Shown here piece by piece: positions 12,801 through 26,169 of a DNA stretch of 64,000 nucleotides. The notes beneath the pieces are model-generated. The model was not told the DNA's origin, searched no databases, and was given only the letters and a program-made list of their open reading frames with translations. Origin of the DNA: Lytechinus pictus. Its lineage: Eukaryota. How positions within the stretch are numbered: the stretch's first letter is position 1; each line of letters begins with the position of its first letter. The translations under genes were made by a program, and so were the position numbers. The stretch is from contig NC_087248.1 in NCBI RefSeq assembly GCF_037042905.1, positions 17,918,001-17,982,000 of the forward strand. Reading direction: 5' to 3'.

Positions 12801-14714
12801 CTCTCACAGAACTAGAAATTGTAACATCTACTTTAAATACTTTAAAAAATAGCTTCTGTCATCTTATACATGAATATTTTCCATCATACGTTTCCTTTTG
12901 ACTTTAAGTTAACATGATATAAATTATGAACCATAGACAATTGTTGTTGCGGCATTTGTATTTTGCCCCCACTGATACATTTGTTAAGCATTCTATTTTT
13001 AAAATAGAATGCTTAACAAATGTATTAGTAAGTAGTCCATGTCCGCCTTCTCACTCTCGTCTCCCTCTCTCGTTCCCTTTCCTTCTCTTCTTTTCTCTGC
13101 CCTTTCCTTTGTATTGTTATTGTATTGTATTTTTGTCTATAGGCGTATCCCGCCACAAGCCTCAGCTTTTAGGGTAAACGCCTTCTTCTTTAAACCTAAC
13201 AGGTAAATATTCATCTTCTTCGTAACAAACTGATTTTTGTATTAATTTATGTTTATGAAAAATGTAATTAAATGGAAGAAAATAAATGTTTATTTGAATG
13301 AATGAATGATTGAATACTAAAGTGTGTAAAGTGTCAATTTGGAAATGCAAGAAGTTGACCTTAAATATGAACAAAACACATTATGCACTTTAAATATTAC
13401 AATATCCATTCAGTTAACAGTGTATATTATAACGATAAATAATTTTACCACAAATATGTGTGTGTGTATATAAATTATATGTATGTTAGTATTAAAAAAA
13501 TAGTAAAAATAACGATGTAGCGATGTAGTGCATAAATCATTAAACAACGTGGTTAGGCTCCCATTTAAAGCCGTAGCTTGGGCAGGGGCCAAAATTGAAG
13601 TCTTCTTTGTGTCATTGGAATGACATTCAGATAATAACACCATCAATTGATACACCTCTTTAAAAATCAAACACGCATACCTTTCCCAAAGTAGAGAAAG
13701 GCAGGGGAGGTGGAGTTAGACAGATAGAAGCAATGAGGAGTGGGGGGGGGGGGATGCAGACAATAGTAAAAATTGTAAAAGAGAAAGGCTGACACATGAG
13801 GATAGTGACGAAAGTGACGCCGGTCTGAATTGTACAGTGTACCACGGATGATACAGCACATTTTGGTGTATTACATTCTACTAATTTTTTTGCTTCAGAT
13901 ATTTTTTGAGAAGGGGAGAAATGACAAATACATGTGGGCGAGTTTAAAAAAAATAATGGATGGGCGGGGCGGGGGGTTTGGGTGTACCCCGTCTTTGGAT
14001 CCGTCATGTAATGACATTTTTGTGATTCTTTTGAGGATTGACCAAATTTGTTGTTAAGAGAAAATAAATGGTTGAAAAGATATATCGCATGAAATAAAAC
14101 TCCGTCCTTATCCTTACGTCTGTCTGGAAATCTTTTTTTAATTGAAACACGAAATGCACCATAATACCTAATTTTATCTAAAACTTACACTAGTGGTATT
14201 TTCACTCAGAGTTCCTGGTTGCTCATCAAAGGATTTTTCGTATACTGTTCACCTTGTTCAAGGTATCATTGACGTGAGCTACATTCAATTATTAACCTTG
14301 CTCGGTTCAGTAATTTTATTATCTATCAGTTCGTAAAATGTTTCATAGTCTAAAAAGAAATGTTGATGATAACAACCTTATTATTGTTGCCAGAGGCGTA
14401 ATGAGCAAAGAAAGACGAGACACACAGAAATTGCATATGTTCCTTGTCCATTATCATCCGTTAAAAGTCCGCTGTATCGTCTCTGCATCCTCTGGGCATC
14501 CTAGCAACTCAGATCCTCTGAAGCTGAACAACGAAAAGAGGGAGGAAAGATAAGTTACATGGAACGTCTATACATCGTTAGTATATCACGGAAATAGAAA
14601 GGATGTAAGCGTATGCTTCTCGTAAGTTAAGTTTTCAAAACCCCCGGTAACCCCTGCGGAGCTGTCGTCCACTTCCATCCATTTTCATCCGCAATGTTTC
14701 CGATGAACAACTGT

Positions 14715-15306
14715 TTAAATGACAAGTCCATCGCCAAAAAAAGTTGATTTGAAAAAAATGAGAAAAATCCAACAAGCATAACACTAAAAATTTCATCAAA
14801 ATCGGATGTAAAATAAGAAAGTTATGACATTTTAAGATTTCTCTTAATTTAACAAACCAGTTATAGGCACATCCTGGTCGGTATGCAAATGAAGAGACTG
14901 ATAACGTCATCCACTCACTCTTTTATTTTGTATTTAATCATATAAAATTTCTCCTCATTGTCAAATGAAACAACGATTAATTCCTCCCTGAACTGTGGAA
15001 TTACCATTGTTTAGTACTATTATGGTTCAGTCAAGTTGGTCTTTAATGCCAAATCTGAAAAGAAATATTGTATAATTCAAACAATAAAAAACAAAAGAAA
15101 AAGTGAGTAAGGGACAACATCGACTGTCTCATTTGCATGTCACTGAGTTGTGCATACCACTGTTTTGTGAAAAATAAGACAAACTTTAAAATGTCATAAC
15201 TTTTTTATTTTACATACGATTTTGATGAAATTTCCAGCGTTATGCTAGTTTGATTTTTCGCTATTTATTCAAATCAACATTTTTCTGGGATGAACTTGAC
15301 CTTCAA
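14715..15306. mobile_element. TTAA-type (Kolobok/T2-like) MITE
   Basis: ttaaatgacaagtccatc ... gatgaacttgaccttcaa, with long subterminal inverted repeats (ttcatcaaaatcggatgtaaaataa / ttattttacatacgattttgatgaa). Confidence 0.85.
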
Positions 15307-15544
15307 CATCCGCGCTACATACTACCCACGTCCGTTTCTTTTCCGTTATGTTTTCGCAAATTTTTCGCCAAGTTTGTCAATTTATGGAGCGGATGAAAAC
15401 GGATGTAATGGAGCAACCCGCCAAATTTTGCTCGTCCGATGTGTCCTTTATACCTTGGTCACATTGGCTCTACGGCGGCCGTACGGCGAGTCGAAAACAG
15501 CCGTTTTAACATTTTTTGTACCAACTACATATCGGTGGTTTGAA

Positions 15545-17661
15545 TTAAAGGAGAATGAAACTCTTGGAGCAAGTTAGCTTTTGTGAAAGCAGAAAAATCA
15601 AATAATAAGATCAACAAAAGTTTGAGTAAAATAGGACTAGAAATAGAAGAGTTATGAGCATTTGAATGTCGAGATCACTAATGCTATGGAGATCCTCCCA
15701 CTGGCAATGCGACCAAGATCTATGATGTCACAGATGAACAACTCTCCCCTTTTGGACACTGAAAATATACCTCAAAACATCTCTTTTTGCTCATTCTAAT
15801 CATATGACAAACGATTCATCAATGATATTTTTTTTTTTCTCTTTGCCTCTTCCTTGAGGATTTATTGTTTCAAAATATTTACATATATACATATTTACAT
15901 AGGAATAACTTTTTTTCAAGAGTCAAATGATATAATATTTATAACAGGAATTACAATATATCAATAATTTTCTTGACCTCTAATACACAAAATTGTTTAG
16001 ATCCGTAATGATTCAAATAAAACTTCAAATATGAAACAAATTCCGTGATCAATCTCGTATTGCTATGATTTAGATTCTGAAGGTTGCATTTTACATAATG
16101 ATTATAAACTACAAACTGAGCAACATTGATCGTCAAATTAATAAGTTCAAATTTTGGGTTTTCTATTTTATACCCAATTAACAATGTTTTCATAGTTATC
16201 ACCATTTCTTCTTTGAAAATGAAATAAATCATCCTCGATATGATTTTCCAATAAACTTTTATCTTTTTGCAAAAAAACAGAAAATGGCCAATGGTCTCGA
16301 TTTCATTACAGATTTCGCATTGATTTGTATTTACAATTTTCCACTTGAACAAATTGTCTCTAGAAGGTAATATTTTATGTAACAGTCTGAAATTGAATTG
16401 CTTAATTCTGTTATCTTTTATCTTTTTGAATTTAAAATGAAGGATATCTTTCCAAACTAAATTTTCTGGCAATTTTAGTTGTTTTCCCCAGATGTCCAAA
16501 ATATAAAAATCGACCTTCTTTTGTTGTAAAAACAACACATAATATTGTTTTGCTCTGGTGCAAGTTATATTAATACGTTCACCAACAGATGTATCAATTT
16601 CTTCTTGTTCTGAAGACTCATTTTGCTTTTCTTTCATCGTACTTATTTTTTCAAGCCAATGAGCAGGAAATGCTTTTTTTAATTTTAAAAATCTAAAACT
16701 AAATACTAAATTATCAACATCAAAAAAGTTTCTAAAAAATGATATATCTTTCCATTTACCTTTATATACAACTTGTTTAACATATAAAATACCAGCTTCT
16801 TTCCATTCCTGAAAATTTAAAGGTTGTCCATTTATTGTAATATTACTATTATTCCATAATGTTTCACGATATATATTTTCAACATTCTGCTCATCTAAAT
16901 ATCGTAATTGAGCCCATGTATATAGAAATTCAATATAAAACATTGGTAAACCCTTTTTTCGACAAAGCTTTAACATGTGTTTTGGATGACAATTCATTTG
17001 AAAACAGTAGGGGATTTCTCCTATGTAACTTAACCAAAACGAGAAAAGTGTTTTCCAGACTGCATCATAATTATTAAAAAAGGAATTTATCCAAGACAAT
17101 ATAAGTGATTTTGATTTCGAATATAGATCGATCATACCAAGACCACCTTCAACTATCGGTCTGACACAAATATTACGTTTAACTTTTTCACGCTTTGAAT
17201 TCCATAAAAAGCAATACATTATCTTATGTAAACCCTTGCATATATAGTCTGGCATTGGTATAACCGAACCAACATAAACGATTTGAGGCACAAGTAAACA
17301 TTTTATAATAATTATTTTACCATAGCATGTATATAGCATAGCATCAATGATATAATGTTGTGAAATCTCTGTACTTGTCCTCTCATAAAGAGAACACCTC
17401 ACCTTGTGATAGACTCTATAAAAGTGAGAATATAAGTGCAATAAGTACTAAAGAAATGAGGGAGTTGTACGTGTGTGACATCACATATCTTGGTCGCATT
17501 GTCAATGGGAGGATCTACATGGCATTAGGGATCTCAATATTCAAATGCTCATAACTTTCTTATTATTCATTCAATCTTCCTCAAACTTTCAACAATATGT
17601 TTCTTTGATTTTTCTCTTTGATATGGATTCAGCTGGTTTCAAGTGTTTCATTCTCCTTTAA
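15545..17661. mobile_element. TTAA-flanked Kolobok/T2-like MITE interrupted by a LINE
   Basis: TTAA|aggagaatgaaac ... gtttcattctcct|TTAA; related copy at 21012-21476. Confidence 0.9.
15829..17341 (-). mobile_element. 5'-truncated L1/Tx1-clade non-LTR retrotransposon (post-RT region plus C-terminal zf-RVT), with poly(A) tail and 12-bp TSD
   Basis: Uninterrupted frame of about 455 codons: GKIIIIKCLLVPQIVY, FLWNSKREKVK, EGGLGMIDL, LWNNSNI, CEICNEIETIGHFLFFC. AATAAA and poly(A) at the 3' end (15829-15866). TSD catcaatgatat at 15817-15828 and 17342-17353. Confidence 0.92.
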
Positions 17662-18005
17662 AATTAATAAAACGGCTGTTTTCGACTCGCCGTAGAGCAA
17701 ATGTGACCAAGGTGTAATGAATATGTTTTGTATTCGTCGGCCAGTGGGACCAGGCCTTAACATCTGAAGAGGGTAGCACTGTTGATTCTCGCTCCCTCTC
17801 CATTTTTTTTACACCAATTACGTCATGAGATTACTTTGAAAAAATGTTTCTCTTGTTTCCTTTTACACACTCTGTCCCTCTTTCCTTTCCTTTCCCCACC
17901 CCCTTCTCTTCATTTTTTTTTCATTCGCTTCCCCCTTTTCCCTCCCCTCCAATTTATGTATTTTGCACCCCTCATGGAGTGGCGCACAGATGGTCTGTCT
18001 CACTA

Positions 18006-18240
18006 CACTCTTGAAATGTTTTGGCAACATACTGTCCACACAACAATTGGTTAAAACTTTATCAAATTTTTGGTGTAGTTTTAAACCAATAATGTGTGCT
18101 TTGGGTGAAAACTACACAGTATTGGTTGAAAACTACCATCCAGAGTTGGATAGATTTTATGCTCGAAGGCTACGTATTTAAATTGTATAATAAGCTGTTT
18201 TTATTTCTGATAGGTACCAAAATTAACCCAAGTGTAAGAG
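18006..18240. mobile_element. CACT-ended palindromic MITE family (other copies 34077-34304, 58908-59120)
   Basis: Shared cactctt.aa.tgtt.ggcaacatactgtccacac start and taagag(tg) end; copies carry internal inverted repeats. Confidence 0.7.
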
Positions 18241-19877
18241 GATTGCGGGGGATGGTGGGTGGGTGGGTATTACGTGACTGAGTATCATGCAAGGAAAGGG
18301 TGGCTTTTATTTCATTCATCTGTTATCCTCTTAAATGTTAAACCTCTCTTACGGTAAATTGGGCTTAATAGCTGGCAAAGTTCACCAACCTTCCGCAGCT
18401 CCATTCGCTATCACTGGTAGTGGTAAAATGGGGCAGTGAGAGAAATAGGGAAGGAGAAAAAAAGAAAGTATATTAAAATAGGGAAGAAAATTTAAGAAAA
18501 GAGAAAGGAATTTACCACAAAAAAGAGAGGCCTGAATCGTCTAGCTCATTATTATTCGATTTCATGATATTTGAGTTTGAAAATATTAATGGCATCACTC
18601 CCATCACTGTGGATGGACGGAATGGCATTAGACTAAATGAAAGTAGACCATGTGGTGAGTGGAAGAGTTGGCAGTATCGACGAATTGGCAATTTACCGGC
18701 GCACGCCACCCTTCTAGCCGATCACAAGCCCAGTGTCGCAGATGGCGTCTTTCAAATACTAGTAATATAATAGTTATATTTTCTGATACATGTTTACAAA
18801 ATCATCATCGAGACCATTGGTAAGAATCACACACACACCAGGTCCTTTTTTAACAGTTCTCACACACCCGAGTCAGAGCTGAGGGCATTTGGAACCGTTA
18901 TAATGGTAGCAACTGTTTGTAATTGATCTTATGTCCGAACAAAATGATGCGTATTGAGATTATAGTGATATCCTTGTTATTTGACAAACCATCCTCATCT
19001 AAATACTATGACTGGTCAATACAACTATTACTCCCAGTCATTAATAAATATTATTGTCCTGTGAGGTGAAATAAATGACTGGTCATATGGCAGATTTCGG
19101 CCAAGTATTTAACTAGGATCCATGCTACCATTTACAACAATATGACAGATTATTATGTTTTCGGAACAGTGTGAGGTCTGCGTACATGGAGCTTTGCTCA
19201 GATAATACTCCTTTTCTCTGACCAAAGTCATACAATTCTCCCCTGCATGGGGTGTAAGGAATACAATGTCATTATGATTGATTGGCAATGATTAAAACGA
19301 AATTTGCTTCATCAAATACAGAAGACCGGTATACAAAGCCAATTGTACGACGAGCAATTACTGCACAGATTTACAGATCAAGTCTGTATAAATTGCATTC
19401 CTATAAAGCATTAACACATAGGATTTGATTTCACATGCATGGTTATTATGATTATACTGTCTGATCTGAGTGAAGATCTGTCTGTCCACGCGCATGCGTA
19501 CTCGTATTCCGAAGACGCAAGTCATGAATATTCATATGTTGGTCCAGAACTGTGGTGGGAAAAATAACTTCGCGGCCGGGACAGATGATGTGTATGAGCC
19601 ACAACAACTACAACATCAAATTCTTATCGACTTTTAAAATATATATACTGTGTATTGGGGCCACCAACTTATGCTGAGGAGCTCGGTTTTTATTCATTTT
19701 ATTGTAAGAAAGTAATTTCAATTTTGTCAAAAGAAAAAAGTTGCTTTCGTTAAATGCTTGTGATAATCATTTTATTTTTCTTTTTGCGTTTTTTGTGTTT
19801 TCTATTGGTAAATAAGATCAATCTCAATATTTTCAAGTATTTTCTTCCAACTACATGCAAATTACTGATTATTAAGT

Positions 19878-20190
19878 GGAGCGTTGTGGCCCAGTGGATC
19901 AGTCTCCGGACTTTGAAACAGAGGGTCGTGGGTTCAAATCCCAGCCATGGCGTAATTTCCTTCGGCAAGAAATTTATCCATATTGTGCTGCACTCAACCC
20001 AGGTGAGGTGAATGTGTACCTGGCAGGAATGTATTCCTTGAAATGCGTGTGCGCTGTAATCTTAGTAATTACGGCTGCCAAGCTACAGCTGGGGTAATAA
20101 TATCCAAGTCCTTTGGAAGCGCATAGAGACATTATTCATAATTGTGATATGCGCTATACAAGAACTGTTTATTATTATTATTATTATTAC
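19878..20190 (+). mobile_element. tRNA-derived SINE, near full length
   Basis: A box tggcccagtgg, B box ggttcaaatcc, central cactcaacccaggtg...tacctggcagga and (TTA)n tail. Related fragments near 3235-3350 and 49165-49300. Confidence 0.9.
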
Positions 20191-21011
20191 TAGTTTCTCA
20201 CTTTTAATGCACCATGTACACTGCATGAAATGGTATATTCATCTTCTGACATCGCGCCAGAAAATGAATAGATTTGGAGGGTAATATTTTACACTCGCTG
20301 GCCTGTGATTTAATTTAATTTTTAATCATTTGCCTGATATACATTGAAATGTGCGTTGGAATAAGCCAGAATGCGGAAACGAAATAACGAGTGATTTCAA
20401 TTTGCAAGTCAGATTTTTAAGGCTAATTCCTTCTTTTTTAGTCTATTCATAAGGCAGTATTGAGTGTTTGAGTGATTACCTGAGTTGGGGATTTTAAGGA
20501 AAGACTGGGAGGTGGGAAGTGGGGTTGGACACTGTATAACTGTATACTGCTGTTTTACCTTTGACATAATCCACGTTATATTTACCTTTCCTTGTGTTCA
20601 GATCATTTTGCTTCAATGTCATCTTTTGTATTCATTTTTTGTATTTAATTCCTTATAAGATAATTCTTTGTAATATTATCAAATAAAAAATGATTCCATT
20701 TCTTGCAACTATTATCAACACAATTTTTCTTTAGAATAGATATCATTATCAAGCATATCGATAACAATACCAACCAACATTACTGTTTATTTAACAATCT
20801 TTTGTATGGAATACATGCCATGAATGTTTCCCTCTTTCAATTCACCCCTATTTAATAGCTTTCGTTCGTTCGTTTTCTTTAAAAAGTATTATTTCATACA
20901 AATCCACTCTTTACAAAGTGAGAAACACATTGTTATTCTTTCAATATTGCTCAAATATATATTCATGTTAAAAATGTTCTTTATGTTAAAACATGGACCT
21001 AATGACATAAC

Positions 21012-21476
21012 TTAAAGGAGAATGAAACCTTTGGAACAAGATAGCTTGTGTGAAAACAGAAAAATCAAAGAAACAGATCAATGTGTGATGTCACTTGTGA
21101 ACAACTCTCCCCATTACTTTAGTATATATTTCACTTAAATTGCCTCTTTTATCACATCTATCAGTAGATCATGTGATCTTTCTATAGGAGGGCATGTAAT
21201 ACAGATTTTCAAAGAATACATCATGGATAAAGAGTTTGTATCACCATAAGAATAAGCAAAAAGAGACATTTTTGGGGTATTTTATAGTCCATCAAAGGGA
21301 AATCCTTGTCGCATTGTCAATGGGAGGATCTCCATGGCATTAGTGATTGCAATATTCAACTGCTCATAACTTTCTCATTATTTGTCCGATTTTTCTCAAA
21401 CTTTCTTTGTTCTTATTTTTTTATTTTTCTGTTTCGACACAAGCTTACTTGTTCCAAAGGTTTCATTCCCCTTTAA
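21012..21476. mobile_element. TTAA-flanked Kolobok/T2-like MITE (internally deleted relative of 15545-17661)
   Basis: TTAA|aggagaatgaaacctttggaacaag ... cttgttccaaaggtttcattcccct|TTAA. Confidence 0.9.
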
Positions 21477-23262
21477 GTCTACTCCTAATCTCTTCTCATT
21501 CTTCTTTCTGACATTACTTCTTCTTTTGCATACATTTCTCTCTGTATCCCCCTTCCATATATACATGGATATGCGTTGCTTGTTTGTATACTGACATTTT
21601 AGTCTATACAAATTCATGTAATTCGGCCTTTGGATGAGAATTGAATTTTATCATAATGAATACCATTTATCTATTTATTTATCTATCTATTTTTTTTATT
21701 TATTTATCTATCTATCTATTTTTGTACCAAGCCCCAATGATGAAATTATAGAATACTGTTCCACTTTTGATTGCTCGAATATCAATTAAATATTTCTTCA
21801 ATAAGCAGAGGACCAAACCTGACAAAAACAAAAACAGCGGACATAACGTGTTCATGTACGTCATCGCACAAAATTTCAAAACCATTTTTAATATTTAGCT
21901 AAATCATAAGACGAATTAGATAACCATGACAACAGGGTATACCTCTACAAATTTGTTGCAAAATATCCCACATCCCCAAAAGGGCCCCATTTTTACTAAT
22001 TGCTATGTTTTGATAAAAACTTCCATAGCTTCATTCGGATGAAACAGATTATAGGTGTTATACGAAAGAAAAGGAAATTCCTTACCTGTTGTTATGGTGT
22101 TTTTCTTTACATCTCGTGAAAGGAAATAAATAAATCTCAAATCTTTCTAATTCACTTTTGAATCTTGTTTTTGCTATGAATTCAGCTAAAAAATAAGAAT
22201 GGATTAAAAGTACCATACGATGAGGGGAATGAAGCCCCTCTGTTTTCTGGTTTTGATGTTCCGCTTAAATAAAGAAATAGTTAACAAAATAACCCTTTTT
22301 TTAATTGAGTCGCACGGAAACCATCACCATTGTCGTCTGATACAAAATGAATAAAGCTTTGAGAACTGTCTCTTTTTCGAATTATTATAATCGGCTGAGC
22401 GACATTTATCATGAAGGAAACGTATTTTTGATAATTATGTTCCATATTTGAAATATGTTATCTTTTTTTTCTTTTCAGATTTGAAAATGGATGCTTGGAT
22501 TTTGGGGTATTTTCAGATAAGAAGGGACGCCCCTCAACCCCACCTTACACCTGCAATTTCATAGCGATTTTTTTTACCCAGAGAAAAGAATATGGCAATT
22601 CTGTTTCACTTTCAAAGCCACCATGGGAAACTTGGATATTCTTCCATATTTCGCTTTTTTTTCTGCTCAAGCCAATCCTTGAAAGGTGAACCTGACTGTT
22701 TTTGTACTCCGCCACAAAAAACACAGTGACCTATATGATTTGCATATGAAACAAATCGAGTCTTGGAATCACACAAAAGAGAACAAATGCCAGGCATTGA
22801 GTCATGATATATCTCTGTTTGCGTGTGGCAAAGGCTCGGGATATCGATCGATCCTTTTGGGATCGGTCAGGCGTGTCGTCTGCGCTAAGACGCAAGTATT
22901 GTGTGGGCAACACAATGGATCATAATACACTTCCAACCAACGGACTGCCGTTTGGAGTACAATCGTGACAATAGAGCATGTTTTGGGTTAACGTTTAAAT
23001 TTCAGCAAGAAGATTTCCTTGCTTTTCGTCGGGAGGTGAAGATAACGATGGTCAAATATTCGTCAACATCAACCGAAAACATGACATGAATCATGTGAAT
23101 AGGAGAATAGCCACAGCATACAGGTAGACTGTGTTATCGTAGGTAGAAAGCAGATCGAAGCCGAAATACACAAGTTAATGAATGGAATAGCCGACGTAAA
23201 CGAGTGTGTATCATCGTCTACTTTCATTTTCTGCAGATGCACACGAAAAATTGAATCTTCAG

Positions 23263-24503
23263 GTTAGTAAGTATCAACATAATTATTGTTTAGATCATTA
23301 TTTTAGAAAAAAACCACGTGATTTTATGAAACTAATAAGGATATGATAGACTCGATGGGAATGTGTACATACAATAGTTTTATTGCCTTAGATACGTTCG
23401 AGTTATGTGATTGATATTGGCATTGAAATGATAATATAATATTCTTGATATTAATTGAAATATACTTGTTTAACAATTTAATAAGAAACTGTGTGAGTGC
23501 AATTACTTTTTTTAGTTGATACAGATTTGCATTCAATCAACTTTGATCGGAATCAAATCCATGGTTGAGGTGTATTTCGAGATAATAAAAATGGTTGTAT
23601 GTCCGGGGGGGAGGAGAGGGTTGACAACGAGGATGGATGATTGGGCGAGCTTTGTAGAATTATTGATTTGGTAACGAAAGAGAAGACGTTGGTGATGGTG
23701 GGGATGTTGACCTCCGCCATGGATAATGATGACGGTAAAGCCTATAGTGATGACTCTAGTGATGATGATGGAAATTTTGATGGTGATAGTTATGACGACG
23801 ACGACGATGATGCTGACGATGATGGTGACAGTGGTGATGATAGTGATCACGATGGTGATGGTGTAAATGTTGATTATGATGATGGAGGTATGGTGATGAT
23901 TATGAGGTTGATGGCGATGATGATAATTGTGATGTAAGTGGTGTTAGTAAAAGTGGCTAAAGTGGTGGTGGTGTTGGTGGTGGAGATGNNNNNNNNNNNN
24001 NNNNNNNNNNNNNNNNNNNNNNNNNNNNNNNNNNNNNNNNNNNNNNNNNNNNNNNNNNNNNNNNNNNNNNNNNNNNNNNNNNNNNNNNNNNNNNNNNNNN
24101 NNNNNNNNNNNNNNNNNNNNNNNNNNNNNNNNNNNNNNNNNNNNNNNNNNNNNNNNNNNNNNNNNNNNNNNNNNNNNNNNNNNNNNNNNNNNNNNNNNNN
24201 NNNNNNNNNNNNNNNNNNNNNNNATTGTGACGAGGGGTAATCGTGTTAATTGTGGTGATGACAGTGATGATGATGGTGATGAGATTGTGATGACGACGAT
24301 ATGCCGATTTTGGTGATGATCTTAATAGTGGTGATGATAACAAGAAATTATCATGACGATGATGATGTGGTGATGCCAATGATGCTGCTCTTAATGATTA
24401 TCACGATGTTAATGTCTATGCTGATTATAATGGCAATTTTCATGATTCCTTTATCTTTGATACTCATTATATCATACATCTTTTGTCTTTCATTTTGTTT
24501 CAG
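23263..24503 (+). other. Probable 5'UTR intron of IgSF receptor 2
   Basis: Donor cag|gttagt and strong acceptor ttttgtctttcattttgtttcag| 124 nt before the ATG; the intron contains the GAT array. Confidence 0.55.
23690..24420 (+). repeat. Degenerate (GAT/GGT)n microsatellite spanning an assembly gap (N 23989-24223)
   Basis: Visible trinucleotide repeats on both sides of the N run. Confidence 0.95.
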
Positions 24504-24627
24504 TCACTGGTACGCTAATCATGCCCATGGTCACAGGATAACATCAGCGAGGTCTCCATCGTTTCCACATCTTATGCGACTGGCAATACTTATGTGACTG
24601 ACAGGGATTATGAAAATATAAATCGCA

Positions 24628-26169
24628 ATGGATGCTTATAGCAGACCGTTTCATCTCGCATTGTTCTTGCTATCATGGTGGGATGTATCACTCGTGGCGA
24701 GCCAATTTGTTCTCCAGCCAACAGACGTAGCGGTTGTTTTTCCTCGAGCGGTAACACTTGACTGTGTCTTCGATGGGGACATAGTATCAAGGCCGGTTTT
24801 CTGGCACCGCTACACCGGCGATCCCCCGGTCAAGGAAGAACTCTACAACACGCGAGACAACCGCTTTTTCATTGCCGGTGACCGCAACGACGGTCATTAT
24901 AACCTCTTCATTAACGCGACGCGGTTAAGCGATAGCGGGCTCTACGGCTGCAGTTACGGAACCGCGTCAACGCGGAACGCGACGCTGACTGTGCTTCCAA
25001 CATCGTGGATACCCGTGTGCGAGAAGACACCGGAAAGTGAGCGGACGCTCGTGGGTGATAGTGTCGAACTTGGGTGCTCGTCTACGGGGTCGTCGTCGAC
25101 TTCGCTTCAATGGCTACGTAATGGTGCGCTAATTGGCCCGGGTAGTATAACACGCGATGACACCATGGTGAGTGTGTCACACTTTGAAATAGTACCCAGT
25201 GACTCCTCTATCACCTTCACGTGTAATGCCTCCCTACCAGGGCTCGACCAGCGCTACCAGTGCACGCTCGGTCCGTACCCCGAGAGCGATTCGAACTCGG
25301 GAACCACTGCCCTGATTCCGTTCATCATCGTCGGGATTCTTAGTGTCGTGGTCATCCTCCTCTTTGTCATCGTTCTCTTCATTCTCTTTCGACATCGACG
25401 GTGTCGTTTTTGTCAGGAACAACCAGTGGAGCCCCAGATGGTTCTCGATGCCGAGGCCATCGCAGCTGGTCGTGGCTTTACAACCATAATCCGAGATGAT
25501 GACGATGATGATGGCGATGGCGATGAGGCTGTCGGAGGGGATAGTGTTGACAATCCCACCCTGAGTGACAGCCAACCAGATCTCTTATCGTCCATTATCA
25601 GTCCTTCAACCATAGCTCAGAAATCCCCCAACAGCACCTTACGTCAAAACATGAACCACAACAGGGAATCGGTGGCGCCGAAGAAGCCATCCGATGTCGA
25701 AAAGCTTCGACCTTCTGAACTCAGAAGAATGAAGAAAAAACGCACGCTCTCTAGCAGATCGGGGCAATCTCAACGAGAACCATCACCTTCAGTCTCGTCA
25801 TCAACCTCTTCAAGCAGGGACGCACCAAAATCAACATCCCCGGTGAGTGTCGATCACAATATAACTCCACGCAGCACGTCTACGACATCAATCGACAATC
25901 AAATTGACCAGTCACAGCCCGGAACGTCACAGGGTACAAACCATTCCGGTATTAACAATCTCGATGCTTCGGTCGGGAGGAAAAACAGATTCACAAGAAA
26001 AAAGAACTCTAGGAAGTCGTCAAGTCCATCGGGCGCTTCATCTACTTCCCCTCGGAACATCTCCGAGCCAGGAAGCAGTGCGACGCGACAATCGGAATCG
26101 GTCATCTATGCCGAGCTAGACTTCAGCAAGAACGTTGGTATGAATATACTCGGTGATGAACATTTGTAA
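24628..26169 (+). CDS. IgSF single-pass receptor 2 (signal peptide, two Ig domains, TM, long Ser/Thr/basic disordered tail, C-terminal ITIM-like VIYAEL); intronless CDS
   Basis: 513-aa ORF. Ig motifs QFVLQP..VTLDC..FW..YNLFINATRLSDSGLYGC and VELGC..LQWLRNG..FTCNA. TM LIPFIIVGILSVVVILLFVIVLFILF followed by RHRR; ends ..ESVIYAELDFSK.. Confidence 0.93.
   Translation: MDAYSRPFHLALFLLSWWDVSLVASQFVLQPTDVAVVFPRAVTLDCVFDGDIVSRPVFWHRYTGDPPVKEELYNTRDNRFFIAGDRNDGHYNLFINATRLSDSGLYGCSYGTASTRNATLTVLPTSWIPVCEKTPESERTLVGDSVELGCSSTGSSSTSLQWLRNGALIGPGSITRDDTMVSVSHFEIVPSDSSITFTCNASLPGLDQRYQCTLGPYPESDSNSGTTALIPFIIVGILSVVVILLFVIVLFILFRHRRCRFCQEQPVEPQMVLDAEAIAAGRGFTTIIRDDDDDDGDGDEAVGGDSVDNPTLSDSQPDLLSSIISPSTIAQKSPNSTLRQNMNHNRESVAPKKPSDVEKLRPSELRRMKKKRTLSSRSGQSQREPSPSVSSSTSSSRDAPKSTSPVSVDHNITPRSTSTTSIDNQIDQSQPGTSQGTNHSGINNLDASVGRKNRFTRKKNSRKSSSPSGASSTSPRNISEPGSSATRQSESVIYAELDFSKNVGMNILGDEHL

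Larger units (their letters stand above)
15449..17716. mobile_element. TA-flanked palindromic MITE (outer layer of a nested insertion)
   Basis: Left accttggtcacattggctctacggc...tacggcgagtcgaaaacagccgtttta matches inverted right taaaacggctgttttcgactcgccgtagagcaaatgtgaccaaggtgta. Confidence 0.85.

Noticed and set aside
15951-17441. 496-aa ORF as a host gene
   Set aside because: It is a 5'-truncated LINE with TSD and poly(A); the N-terminus is read-through from the host MITE.
19878-19955. tRNA gene
   Set aside because: The A/B boxes continue into a SINE body and (TTA)n tail; this is a SINE head.
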